A stretch of 64,000 nt of DNA from Elusimicrobiota bacterium. Lineage in GTDB: Bacteria > Elusimicrobiota > Elusimicrobia > 2-02-FULL-39-32. The stretch spans positions 22,451 to 86,450 of the forward strand of contig JAKFYJ010000021.1 in assembly GCA_021730935.1 (NCBI GenBank), in the 5' to 3' direction. The notes beneath the pieces were generated by a model. That model was not told where the DNA came from. It did not search any database and saw nothing but the letters and a program-made list of their open reading frames with translations. Position numbers and translations under genes: made by a program. Of the stretch, positions 1 through 8,277 are shown in pieces; position 1 is the first letter of the stretch; every line of letters begins with the position of its first letter.

Positions 1-716
1 ACGCGGCTCTGAAAGGCGAGCATATGCGGAAGGGGGTGTCCGAGAGTGTCCATGATGCCTGCGACGGACGCTTTGATGTGGTCCAAATAAGGATCGCCCT
101 TGTCGATGATGCTCTGGGGCAGGCCGTGAGCGGAAAAAACGATGCGCGATTTGGAGCGGTTTTTGAGGCGCGGCAGGAGGGATGAAATTTTTTGGCTCCA
201 GGCCTCCACGAAAAACGGCGCGTTATAATAGGCCGGGACCAGTTCAAGTTCGACTTGTTTGCCGCTCTCTTGGATGCGGCGCTTGAGTTCGTTGACGCTG
301 GACCCGGTGGTCGCGGAACTGTAATGCGGATAAAAGGGAACGGTCAGAATTCGGTTCACGCCATTCTTTAAAAGATTCGGCACGACCTCCTCAGTGAGGG
401 GGAAGGAAAAGCGGAAGACCAGTTCAAATTGCAGGTGCGGGCGGCCTGGTTTAAGGTTTTTGGCGATATGTTCCATCTGCGCGAGGGAATATCGATATTG
501 AGGCGACCCTCCGCCGATCGTTTCATATTGCGGCCATATTTTTTTCAGCCGCGTTTTGGCGATCCACCCGGCGAGCGCGGGCTGGAATGTGGCCGGAACG
601 GGAAATTTGATGGTTTCTCTGTCTGAGAATAGGCGCGTGAGGAACGGGACGATTTCGGATTTGTCTCTCGGGCCTCCAAGGTTTACGAAAGCCAGCGCTG
701 TGGGGGGAAATTTCAC
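1..716 (-). CDS. hemH: ferrochelatase, N-terminal part (gene continues past window start)
   Basis: Reverse-strand translation gives VKFPPTALAFVNLGGP...LFSD...SAHGLP, matching ferrochelatase signature regions. Probable GTG start at 716; no stop before the window edge. Confidence 0.75.
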   Translation of the reverse strand, partial: MKFPPTALAFVNLGGPRDKSEIVPFLTRLFSDRETIKFPVPATFQPALAGWIAKTRLKKIWPQYETIGGGSPQYRYSLAQMEHIAKNLKPGRPHLQFELVFRFSFPLTEEVVPNLLKNGVNRILTVPFYPHYSSATTGSSVNELKRRIQESGKQVELELVPAYYNAPFFVEAWSQKISSLLPRLKNRSKSRIVFSAHGLPQSIIDKGDPYLDHIKASVAGIMDTLGHPLPHMLAFQSR

Positions 717-721
717 GGGGC

Positions 722-2146
722 TTAAAGCGTGCGGGAAAAAACCGGAGCTTTTCCTGAACCTCCGCCGTTCCTGCGCGCCCGCAAGTGAGCGTCGAAAACC
801 ATGCAGATGTTCCGAATGCAGATGCGTCCTGACGGCGTGATTTTTATTTTCTGTATCCGCCCCTGATCGGACCTTGTCAGGACGAGAAGCCCGTCTTTTT
901 CAAAGGGTTCCATTTCCGACAGTTCGTCCTTGAGACATTCCCACGGATCCAATTCAAACTGCTTTTTGAACCCTTCCAGATCCAGATGCATCCGGCACAT
1001 GAGGTCGAGGATGATTTGTCTCCGGAGATTGTCGTCTGCGGTTCGGCGGTATCCCCGCAGGATCGGGAGTTCTCCCTGGGAGATTGCGGTTTCATATGCT
1101 TTATAATCTTTAAGATTTTGGGTGAAAGACCCGCCGATGTCGCCGATGGCGGTCAGGCCCGCGCCGATCATTTCGCCTGCCCGGGCCACCGTGTATCCCA
1201 TGAAATTCCGGTGAAGGGTTCCGTTGTCTGCGGCCCGCGCAAGCTCGTCGTCTTTCCGCGCGAAATGGTCCAGGCCGATGGGGACATATCCGCGCTCCGC
1301 GAATTTCAGCATGGCCGCTTCGAACAATCGGACCCGCTCTTCGCCCGTGGGAAGTCCCATCTTTTCCAGAGCCGCCTGCTGAGGGTGAAGCCAGGGCACG
1401 TGGGCATATCCATAAAGAGCCACCCGGCCCGCTTCCATTTCGCACACGGCTTCAGCCGTGTCAATCAAAGATTCTTTCGTCTGGCCCGGCAACCCATAAA
1501 TCAAATCCACATTGGTGCTCACAAATCCAAGGTTCCTGGCATAAGCCAGCATTTTTGCCGTGTCCTCTTTGCTCTGAATGCGGTTGACGGCCTTCTGAAC
1601 TTCGGGCTTAAAATCCTGCACGCCAACGCTCAGGCGGTTGAACCCCAGGCCCCTCAAGGTCGAAATCTGTTCCTGGGAAGTGACCCGGGGATCCACCTCA
1701 ATCCCCAGCTCCGCGTCCGGCGAAAAGGTGAAATTTTTATTCACCGCGCTCATGAGGAGGGTCAGCTCTTCAGAGTTCAGGAATGTGGGAGTGCCTCCGC
1801 CCCAATGCATCTGCGTGAGGGTCTTTCGTTCGCCCAGCTGTTCCGCGATCATCTCAAGTTCGCGCGCCAGAAGTTTCAGATAAGCGGCCGTTCTTGAATG
1901 GTCCCGAGTCACGATGATGTTGCACCCGCAATAGAGGCAAAGGTGCTCGCAAAAGGGGAGATGGATATAAAGCGAGAGAGGTTCTTGGGGGGTTAAACGG
2001 GCGCGTTCGAGAGCGGAATGATAGTCCTGAACCTTGAAAACCTGCTCCGCCCAATCCGGGACCGTCGGATAGCTTGTGTATCTTGGACCCGGCTGGTCAT
2101 ATTTGACCAGGAGTTCATAGCTCGGGAGGCGCAGGGTTTCAGGCAT
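722..2146 (-). CDS. hemN: oxygen-independent coproporphyrinogen III oxidase (radical SAM)
   Basis: 474-aa ORF with a CxxxCxxC radical-SAM motif (LPFCEHLCLYCGCN) and HemN-like length, adjacent to hemH. Confidence 0.9.
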   Translation of the reverse strand: MPETLRLPSYELLVKYDQPGPRYTSYPTVPDWAEQVFKVQDYHSALERARLTPQEPLSLYIHLPFCEHLCLYCGCNIIVTRDHSRTAAYLKLLARELEMIAEQLGERKTLTQMHWGGGTPTFLNSEELTLLMSAVNKNFTFSPDAELGIEVDPRVTSQEQISTLRGLGFNRLSVGVQDFKPEVQKAVNRIQSKEDTAKMLAYARNLGFVSTNVDLIYGLPGQTKESLIDTAEAVCEMEAGRVALYGYAHVPWLHPQQAALEKMGLPTGEERVRLFEAAMLKFAERGYVPIGLDHFARKDDELARAADNGTLHRNFMGYTVARAGEMIGAGLTAIGDIGGSFTQNLKDYKAYETAISQGELPILRGYRRTADDNLRRQIILDLMCRMHLDLEGFKKQFELDPWECLKDELSEMEPFEKDGLLVLTRSDQGRIQKIKITPSGRICIRNICMVFDAHLRARRNGGGSGKAPVFSRTL

Positions 2147-2177
2147 GACAGGGTGAAAGATAGTATATAATTTTTTT

Positions 2178-2531
2178 TCATTTCGACTTCATCACGAAAT
2201 CATTGTTTTCCCGGAGCTCATTGAGGCAGGCGGCCAGGATCCGGTTGGGGCATCGGATTTTTGCCTTGCAGTCGCAGAGGAGGACCAGCTGTTTTCTTAA
2301 GGAAAGAAGGGCCAGAGGTTTGAGGAGCTCCGCCGCCGCCGCGGATTTGAGCTCGCGTTTATAGTTGAGCGCAAGATCGTCCCAAGATATTTTGTTTCGG
2401 CGATATTTCCGGGACAACGACGGGCTCGGGGCGATTTCCGGAAACCACAAATCAATTTTCCTGGAATGCTTTAAAAGGAGAGGCCATCTCCAGGACGGCA
2501 GGACTTTGTATCCCTTGCCCGCTTTCTCCAA
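2178..2531 (-). CDS. DUF488 (YeaO-like) family protein
   Basis: 117-aa ORF with YKVLPSWRWP...DLWFPEIAPS...LLCDCK, typical of the DUF488 family. Confidence 0.55.
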   Translation of the reverse strand: MEKAGKGYKVLPSWRWPLLLKHSRKIDLWFPEIAPSPSLSRKYRRNKISWDDLALNYKRELKSAAAAELLKPLALLSLRKQLVLLCDCKAKIRCPNRILAACLNELRENNDFVMKSK

Positions 2532-2551
2532 GCGGACGATTGCGATCGGGT

Positions 2552-3160
2552 TTATTGTTTTTCCTCCGCCCCGATCTGCATGCGGTAATGCACCGTGACT
2601 TTGTCGTCCACCTTGATCGCGCCGAACATCAGCGTCGGAGGCTTGATGCCGTAGTCCGTCATTAAAATGTCTTTCGCGCCTTCCAAAACCAGAATCTCGT
2701 CCTTCATCCGTCCGGAGGATTCCAGGTCCACTTCCTTTTCAACGCCCGCGATCTTGAGCTTGCCCTTGAGTTTCACCGAGACCCCGTCTTTTTCGGAAGC
2801 GGCCTGATATTTTTCGAGGGCAAATGTGATGGCGGGAAACTCCTTGACCTTGAGGGAAGAATACATGTTTTTGTCCATCTGTCCGCTCTCGGATTTCATG
2901 AGGTTCACGGGAATAACGACGGAGAGCTCTTTCGCTTTGCCTGCCAGAACGAGGTCCCGGATGCGGTCGGTTTTTGAGGCCGGATCCTGGAACTTGATCG
3001 AGACATCCACCTGGGTGGCGGTGCTGGAATAGGGATGCAGGGTTGAAGTCCCCGTGATCCACAACGCGCATTTCGCCGCGTGGGCCGGCCCTGCGAGGGT
3101 TAATAAAATTGCGGATAAGGCTAATAATTTTGCAGATGTTTCTTTGAGAATGTTTTTCAT
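2552..3160 (-). CDS. YceI-like periplasmic polyisoprenoid-binding protein
   Basis: 202 aa with an N-terminal signal peptide (LLALSAILLTLAGPAHA) and YceI-like beta-barrel sequence features (GSTLHPY...). Confidence 0.55.
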   Translation of the reverse strand: MKNILKETSAKLLALSAILLTLAGPAHAAKCALWITGTSTLHPYSSTATQVDVSIKFQDPASKTDRIRDLVLAGKAKELSVVIPVNLMKSESGQMDKNMYSSLKVKEFPAITFALEKYQAASEKDGVSVKLKGKLKIAGVEKEVDLESSGRMKDEILVLEGAKDILMTDYGIKPPTLMFGAIKVDDKVTVHYRMQIGAEEKQ

Positions 3161-3327
3161 GAACGCCTCCTTAAGGGTGACTCAGTCTATCAACAAGATC
3201 GGAAATCTTCTATGATGCAGGTCATAGTCAGGATTTTCCGAATTGATACACTATCGCCATAAATAGTATAAACATTATTCGATTTGCGGAAACGATTTGT
3301 CATAAAAATAAAAATGAGGAGGAAGGA

Positions 3328-4635
3328 ATGAAGAACACAAGAAAGATCGCGCTTGCCATGGCCCTGTTCGGGCTGATGAGCGGCGTTGCGCACAGCATCG
3401 AGGTCGTGAACAAGGATGACGTGAAGCTCAATATGCACGGGACACTGCAGTCTTATGCGTTCACAAATTATGTGAACGATGAATATCGTGATCACCTCCG
3501 CCTGCTCCTGTTCGTCCGCCAGGCGCGCCTGCGGTTCACGGGAGAAGTGAACACCATCAAGTTCGACGTGCAATATGCGTTCGGCGGCGAAGAAGGCGTG
3601 AAAAACACCGGCGGCACCGTGGCCAACTCGTCCCTGGGCCTCCTGGACTTCAGCGCGGATGTTCCTGTTCCGTTCCTGAGCCAAACTTATTTCAAGTTCG
3701 GACAATACAAAGTTCCCTATGGCCTTGAGCGCCTGGAATATTCCGCCAACCTCATGTATGCGGACCGTTCCATCGCCACCTTGCCCTTCAACCAGGGCCG
3801 GGACGTCGGATTCTCTCTCGTCAACTCGGCGGAACACCATGTCCTGAGCGGAAGCATTTTCACCGGCGGCGGCCGCGACAACCCCATCCGCGATCTCCCC
3901 ATCCGGCTTGGAAGCCCCATGCTCGTTGTGAGAGGCGGATATAAAAATGGGATCGATGAAAATCTGTTTGAACAGAAGCAGACCGATTACGATCAGCTGA
4001 AACCCGGCTTCGCCCTTTTCGGAAACGCTCTTTATATGGAAGACAGCCGCGTGGGACACTCCACCGTCATGCAGACCAAGGCTGTGGAAAAAGGGCTTCT
4101 CACGGATTCCAACTGGAACCCGTATATCGGCGTTGCGGATGTGACCGGCGTGAGCAACTTTGTGACCGGAGACCTCTGGCAGGCGGGCGCGGACATGATC
4201 TGGAGAAAGGCGCTTGCTTCAGGCATTTTCAGCACGGAAGCCGAAGCCAATTACGGCATTTATAAAAATACCCTCGGTTATGTTGAAGCCACGGGCGGCA
4301 GAGTCCAGGTCGGATATTCAAAATCCTTCTGGGGACTGGGACTCCGCTATGCCGTCATCTTCCCTGACGACAAGTTTGCAAAATCCGGACGCAAAGTCAC
4401 AGGCCAGAGAGACCCCATCCACGAAATCACGCCGTCCCTCACGCTCTATCACAAGAAATTCTTCAAGATCGTGATGGACGCGCCTCTCTTGATCGATGTC
4501 CCTGTCTCAGTGGAATCGTCCCCGACGAAACTGGGAGCTTATGTGTTGACCGATCAGCCGGACCAGACGAACGCAGGAGCCATCACCCGCCAGACTGTGC
4601 CTTCGGGCCGGCTGGTCATGCAGTTCAGCTTCTAA
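3328..4635 (+). CDS. outer-membrane porin-like beta-barrel protein (phosphate-selective porin O/P-like)
   Basis: Signal peptide, alternating beta-strand pattern and a C-terminal ...MQFSF aromatic terminus. A strong AGGAGG Shine-Dalgarno sequence sits 6 nt upstream of the start. Confidence 0.55.
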   Translation: MKNTRKIALAMALFGLMSGVAHSIEVVNKDDVKLNMHGTLQSYAFTNYVNDEYRDHLRLLLFVRQARLRFTGEVNTIKFDVQYAFGGEEGVKNTGGTVANSSLGLLDFSADVPVPFLSQTYFKFGQYKVPYGLERLEYSANLMYADRSIATLPFNQGRDVGFSLVNSAEHHVLSGSIFTGGGRDNPIRDLPIRLGSPMLVVRGGYKNGIDENLFEQKQTDYDQLKPGFALFGNALYMEDSRVGHSTVMQTKAVEKGLLTDSNWNPYIGVADVTGVSNFVTGDLWQAGADMIWRKALASGIFSTEAEANYGIYKNTLGYVEATGGRVQVGYSKSFWGLGLRYAVIFPDDKFAKSGRKVTGQRDPIHEITPSLTLYHKKFFKIVMDAPLLIDVPVSVESSPTKLGAYVLTDQPDQTNAGAITRQTVPSGRLVMQFSF

Positions 4636-4647
4636 AGCGCAGACGCA

Positions 4648-5208
4648 TTGTTCGTGAAGAAAACTCTGCTCGCTGGACTTGGGTTACTCCTTGTTCCCTT
4701 CCTGCGAGCAGAGCTTCTTTTTTGTTCCGAGCCCTCTGTTCAGGTTTTTGAAACGGGCCACGACGCCTATGAAGTGTCCTGCCGATTTTCAGTGAACACG
4801 GACAGCAAGACGGCTTGGGCGGTGTTGAGCGATTATGACGGGATCGGCAAGTATGTCACCTCGCTTAAATCCAGCAGGACCGTCGAACGCAAAGCGGACC
4901 ATGTCATGGTTGAGCAAGTGGGGCAGGCAGGATTGTGGTTCGTTCAGTCGAAATTTGAGGTTTTGTTAAAAGTTTACGAAACTCCCGGAACCAAAATTGA
5001 TTTCGAGGATGTCAGCAAGAAAAGTTTTCAGTTTTATCGCGGCTCCTGGGAGATTTTAAACGGTCAGAACGGCGTTCAGATTGTCTATAAACTATCGGTG
5101 GTTCAGCAGACCCGGTTCCCCATGTTCGTGACTCGAGGTTTTTTGCGCAAGAGCATCGCGGAGCTGATCGGTCAGGTCAAAAATAAGATCGATGGCCGGG
5201 GAAGCTGA
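4648..5208 (+). CDS. SRPBCC (polyketide cyclase/dehydrase, START-like) domain protein, secreted
   Basis: 186 aa with a signal peptide followed by sequence resembling a cyclase/dehydrase fold. Confidence 0.5.
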   Translation: MFVKKTLLAGLGLLLVPFLRAELLFCSEPSVQVFETGHDAYEVSCRFSVNTDSKTAWAVLSDYDGIGKYVTSLKSSRTVERKADHVMVEQVGQAGLWFVQSKFEVLLKVYETPGTKIDFEDVSKKSFQFYRGSWEILNGQNGVQIVYKLSVVQQTRFPMFVTRGFLRKSIAELIGQVKNKIDGRGS

Positions 5209-5216
5209 TATTATTT

Positions 5217-5891
5217 TTATTCGATCAAGCTGCGAATATCGTCGGGCTTCTTGATCTCGATTTTCCCTCTCAAAGACACCAAATACCCTTTCTTCTGAAA
5301 ATCCGATAAAGCCCTGAAAGTCGTTTCCAAGGCCACCCCGATCAGTTCCGAAATTTCTTTTTTGGTGAAGGGAATGACATCCCCGTGAATCTGGTGCAGG
5401 CGCGTGAGGATGTTGGCCAGGCGCACATGCACCGTTTCCTGCCCCATGCACCGCAGTTCCTGAACGTCTTTGAGGCGATCCGAACAGAGAGAGCACATGC
5501 CCCGGATCATTCCGGGACTCTTCATATAATATTCCAGAAAAACTTTGTCCAGAATCTGGAGGACCGTCGTGTCGTTGGCGGCCACGGCCGTGCAGGGATA
5601 GGTGCGGTTGTTTCCTCCCATCCGGCAGAGGGTCCCGAACAGTTCGCCGTGACCCAGGCTTTCGATGGCGAAAGGTTTTCCGTCGGAAGTATATTTAAAA
5701 ACCTGCACGCGGCCGTCATAAATCACCCACACGCTGTCCGCCGGATCGCCTTCGTTATAAATGGTGTCTTCCTTCGCGAATGATTTTTCCCTGGCGTGGG
5801 ACGCCACCGCTTTGATGTCGGCGGGGGACAAAGATTTGAACGGCTGGATGTGGGTGAGGAATTTCAGGATGTCCGAAGAGGCCGCGCTCAT
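5217..5891 (-). CDS. Crp/Fnr family transcriptional regulator
   Basis: cNMP-binding beta-roll (GELFG...) plus a C-terminal HTH (EISELIGVALETTFRALSDFQKKGYL). Confidence 0.85.
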   Translation of the reverse strand: MSAASSDILKFLTHIQPFKSLSPADIKAVASHAREKSFAKEDTIYNEGDPADSVWVIYDGRVQVFKYTSDGKPFAIESLGHGELFGTLCRMGGNNRTYPCTAVAANDTTVLQILDKVFLEYYMKSPGMIRGMCSLCSDRLKDVQELRCMGQETVHVRLANILTRLHQIHGDVIPFTKKEISELIGVALETTFRALSDFQKKGYLVSLRGKIEIKKPDDIRSLIE

Positions 5892-7267
5892 TTGTTCAGC
5901 GCTTCCAGCATGGACGGTATGTTCGTGAATTTCTTGCGGGTTTTGCCGTCGGCTTTTCCGTTCGTGATTTCGATCGCGTCGAGCTTTTTCCAGTCCTCAA
6001 AGGTGATGTATTGGATGCCCTTGCTCTCCAGCCATTTCGGAATCGTTGAGAGATCGCTTTCCCTGAAGGGGACCTTGCCGTCTCTCCAGTCTTCAAGGAC
6101 CTTGTGAACGGTGTCGATGGAGTCGGGCTTGTTGGTCCCGATCACGCCGGAGGGGCCCCTCTTGGCCCAGCCCACGACATAAATTCCCGGGATCTGCTTG
6201 AACTGGGGATCGATCACTCGCCCTTCAAGGTTCGGGATCGTTCCTTTTTTTTCGTCATAGGGAATCCCCGGAAGCCGCGTGCCTCGGTATCCGATGGACC
6301 TGAAAATAAGTCCCACGGGAAGAGTTTCAAATTCTCCGGTCCCTTCCGCCGCGATGTTTCCCTGGGCGTCTTTCACGAGACGGTTCTTTTCCAGTTTCAG
6401 CGCCGCGGCTTTTCCGCTTTTCCCGAGGATCTCTTTCGGAGACCCCAAAAACTTGAGGACAATTTTTCTTGGGTTGCCTGACGGCTGTTTCATGGAGTGT
6501 TCCATCAGGATGTTTAAATTATTTTTAGGTTTGGATCCGCCTTCTCCGGATTCAAGAGACGCTTTGGAAAGCTCGTCGAGTTCCAGCTCTTTGGGATCCA
6601 CGATGAGGTCCGCTCCGGGCAAATCGCAGAGTTCCCTGGCTTCAGGGTTCGTGAAGGCCGCCTGCACCGCGCCCCGCCGCCCGATCATATAGATCTCTTT
6701 GATGCGGCTTTCTTTGAGCGCCTGCAGGGCATAATCCGCGATGTCGGTGGATTTGAGCGTTCTGGGATCCCGCGCCAGGATTCGCGTCACGTCGACGGCC
6801 ACATTGCCGTTTCCGATCACGGCCGCCCGTTCGCACGAAAGGTCAAATTTAAGGTTCCGATAATCCGGATGCCCGTTATACCACCCCACGAACTCGGTCG
6901 CAGGAAAACTGCCTTCAAGGTCTTCTCCGGGGATGTTCATTTTGCGGTCGGATTTGGCTCCGACGGCAAAAAGGATCACATCATAAAATTTCTGCAGGTC
7001 TCCGAGCTGGAGGTCCCGCCCGAACTCCACATTTCCGAAAAACCGGAACCCTTCGCGCGCGGCCGTCTTCTCGAACACTTTGGTCACGGTCTTGATCTTC
7101 TCGTGGTCCGGAGCCACTCCGCCCCGCACCAGGCCGAAAGGGGTGGGCAGGCGGTCGAACATGTCCACTGATATTTTCGGCGCGGTCTGGTTCAAAAGTT
7201 CTTCCGCCGCAAAGAATCCGGAAGGCCCGCTTCCGAGGATGGCCGCTTTAAGGATGTTTTCTGGCAT
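5888..7267 (-). CDS. FprA-like NADPH:ferredoxin/adrenodoxin reductase (FAD/NAD(P)-binding)
   Basis: 459 aa with an N-terminal GSGPSGFFAAEELL dinucleotide fold. Its length and motifs are collinear with mycobacterial FprA and adrenodoxin reductase. Confidence 0.8.
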   Translation of the reverse strand: MPENILKAAILGSGPSGFFAAEELLNQTAPKISVDMFDRLPTPFGLVRGGVAPDHEKIKTVTKVFEKTAAREGFRFFGNVEFGRDLQLGDLQKFYDVILFAVGAKSDRKMNIPGEDLEGSFPATEFVGWYNGHPDYRNLKFDLSCERAAVIGNGNVAVDVTRILARDPRTLKSTDIADYALQALKESRIKEIYMIGRRGAVQAAFTNPEARELCDLPGADLIVDPKELELDELSKASLESGEGGSKPKNNLNILMEHSMKQPSGNPRKIVLKFLGSPKEILGKSGKAAALKLEKNRLVKDAQGNIAAEGTGEFETLPVGLIFRSIGYRGTRLPGIPYDEKKGTIPNLEGRVIDPQFKQIPGIYVVGWAKRGPSGVIGTNKPDSIDTVHKVLEDWRDGKVPFRESDLSTIPKWLESKGIQYITFEDWKKLDAIEITNGKADGKTRKKFTNIPSMLEALNK

Positions 7268-7320
7268 AAGGGTATTTTATCATTTTACAGGGGAAGGGAA
7301 TTCTAGTAAAATTTTCCGGC

Positions 7321-8169
7321 ATGGATGATTTGACGCTGGTCCGGGAACTGGACAAAATTTTCGTATATATTGTTGTCCCGGGCCTTGCGGGCATCACATT
7401 CTTTGCGCTTGCCAAATTCGTGCGCCACATCATGCCGCTCCGCGCCCTCGTCTCCAGCCCCCAGACCTATCACGCCGCTTTCTGGGGATTTTTAATTTTC
7501 GGATTTTATCTCGGGCTTCGTCCCGTGCAGGTCCTGGCCGGCCCGCACCCGTGGCCCCTCATCATCTCCAGCATCCGCGAATTTCTCCTGATCGGCGTTT
7601 TCGGTCCCGCCGCGTTCATCGGGATGCTGACCCTCTGTTTCGGGCCGGACCGGATCGGCCGGGGAACCATCGCCGCCGTTGTGGTGATGAGCGTCGCCAT
7701 GGCGGTCGCCTTCTGCGTCGTGAACGGCATGGCGATCGGCGGGTCCGAAGAAATCGTCCGCCTCGGGAGACTCACCGCCTATGACGGCTTGTGGTATAAA
7801 AATAAACGCGAAGACATCGACACGCTCATGCACATCCTTTTTGTGATCCGCATCATCAACCCCGGAGCCATGCTTTTCATCGGCGCCTCTTTCATCCTGC
7901 ACCACGCCTTCACCTATAACGCGTTCAAGCGCAAACTTTATGACAACATGCCCCGCAAACTTTATATCCTGAGCATCGCGGCTTTCATCTATGCTCTCTC
8001 CATTTTCGGCGGCAGTCTCATTTATACGTTCCGTAAAGTCCCCGACCAATGGGGCATCTATCACCTGGGCTCTTTGATCGCGGGGTTCCTCGAAGCGATT
8101 TCTCTCTCCATGCCGGTCCGGAGCGACGTGCAGGTGAGCGAGCATAACGACTCTCCTCTGACGATGTAG
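7321..8169 (+). CDS. polytopic membrane protein of unknown function
   Basis: 282 aa with about seven hydrophobic helices. The antisense ORF 7492..8145 is an acidic low-complexity artefact. Confidence 0.5.
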   Translation: MDDLTLVRELDKIFVYIVVPGLAGITFFALAKFVRHIMPLRALVSSPQTYHAAFWGFLIFGFYLGLRPVQVLAGPHPWPLIISSIREFLLIGVFGPAAFIGMLTLCFGPDRIGRGTIAAVVVMSVAMAVAFCVVNGMAIGGSEEIVRLGRLTAYDGLWYKNKREDIDTLMHILFVIRIINPGAMLFIGASFILHHAFTYNAFKRKLYDNMPRKLYILSIAAFIYALSIFGGSLIYTFRKVPDQWGIYHLGSLIAGFLEAISLSMPVRSDVQVSEHNDSPLTM

Positions 8170-8212
8170 GCTGTTTCTTCCCTTAACACCCCGACCGATT
8201 CTCGGTTAAAAT

Positions 8213-8277
8213 TGTTACATTTTTGTTACAAAATGTTTAGGATTTTATTATGACATTACAGGTAGACTCTTGTAATG
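8213..8277 (+). promoter_or_regulatory. candidate promoter and 5' leader structure of the giant GT gene
   Basis: Direct repeat TGTTACA at 8213-8219 and 8224-8230 with 11-bp phasing. -35 TTGTTA (8223-8228), 17-nt spacer, -10 TATTAT (8246-8251). Inverted repeat CATTACA (8254-8260) / TGTAATG (8271-8277) spans the ATG at 8275. Confidence 0.4.

Noticed and set aside
986-1897. 303-aa ORF on the plus strand inside hemN
   Set aside because: It is antisense to a gene with unambiguous radical-SAM HemN homology. Its composition is Arg/Gly/Pro-rich and typical of shadow ORFs in GC-rich DNA.
3161-3327. Possible Crp/Fnr box upstream of the porin gene
   Set aside because: Only a CGATTTG direct repeat and a TTGAT half-site were seen, with no TTGAT-N4-ATCAA or TGTGA-N6-TCACA palindrome. 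This is too weak to call.
3190-4059. 289-aa minus-strand ORF overlapping the porin gene
   Set aside because: Antisense to a signal-peptide/beta-barrel gene that has a strong Shine-Dalgarno sequence. It has no recognisable domains and low-complexity composition.
7492-8145. 217-aa minus-strand ORF opposite the 7321..8169 membrane protein
   Set aside because: It has an acidic His/Asp/Gly-rich low-complexity translation. The plus-strand product has coherent transmembrane helices.
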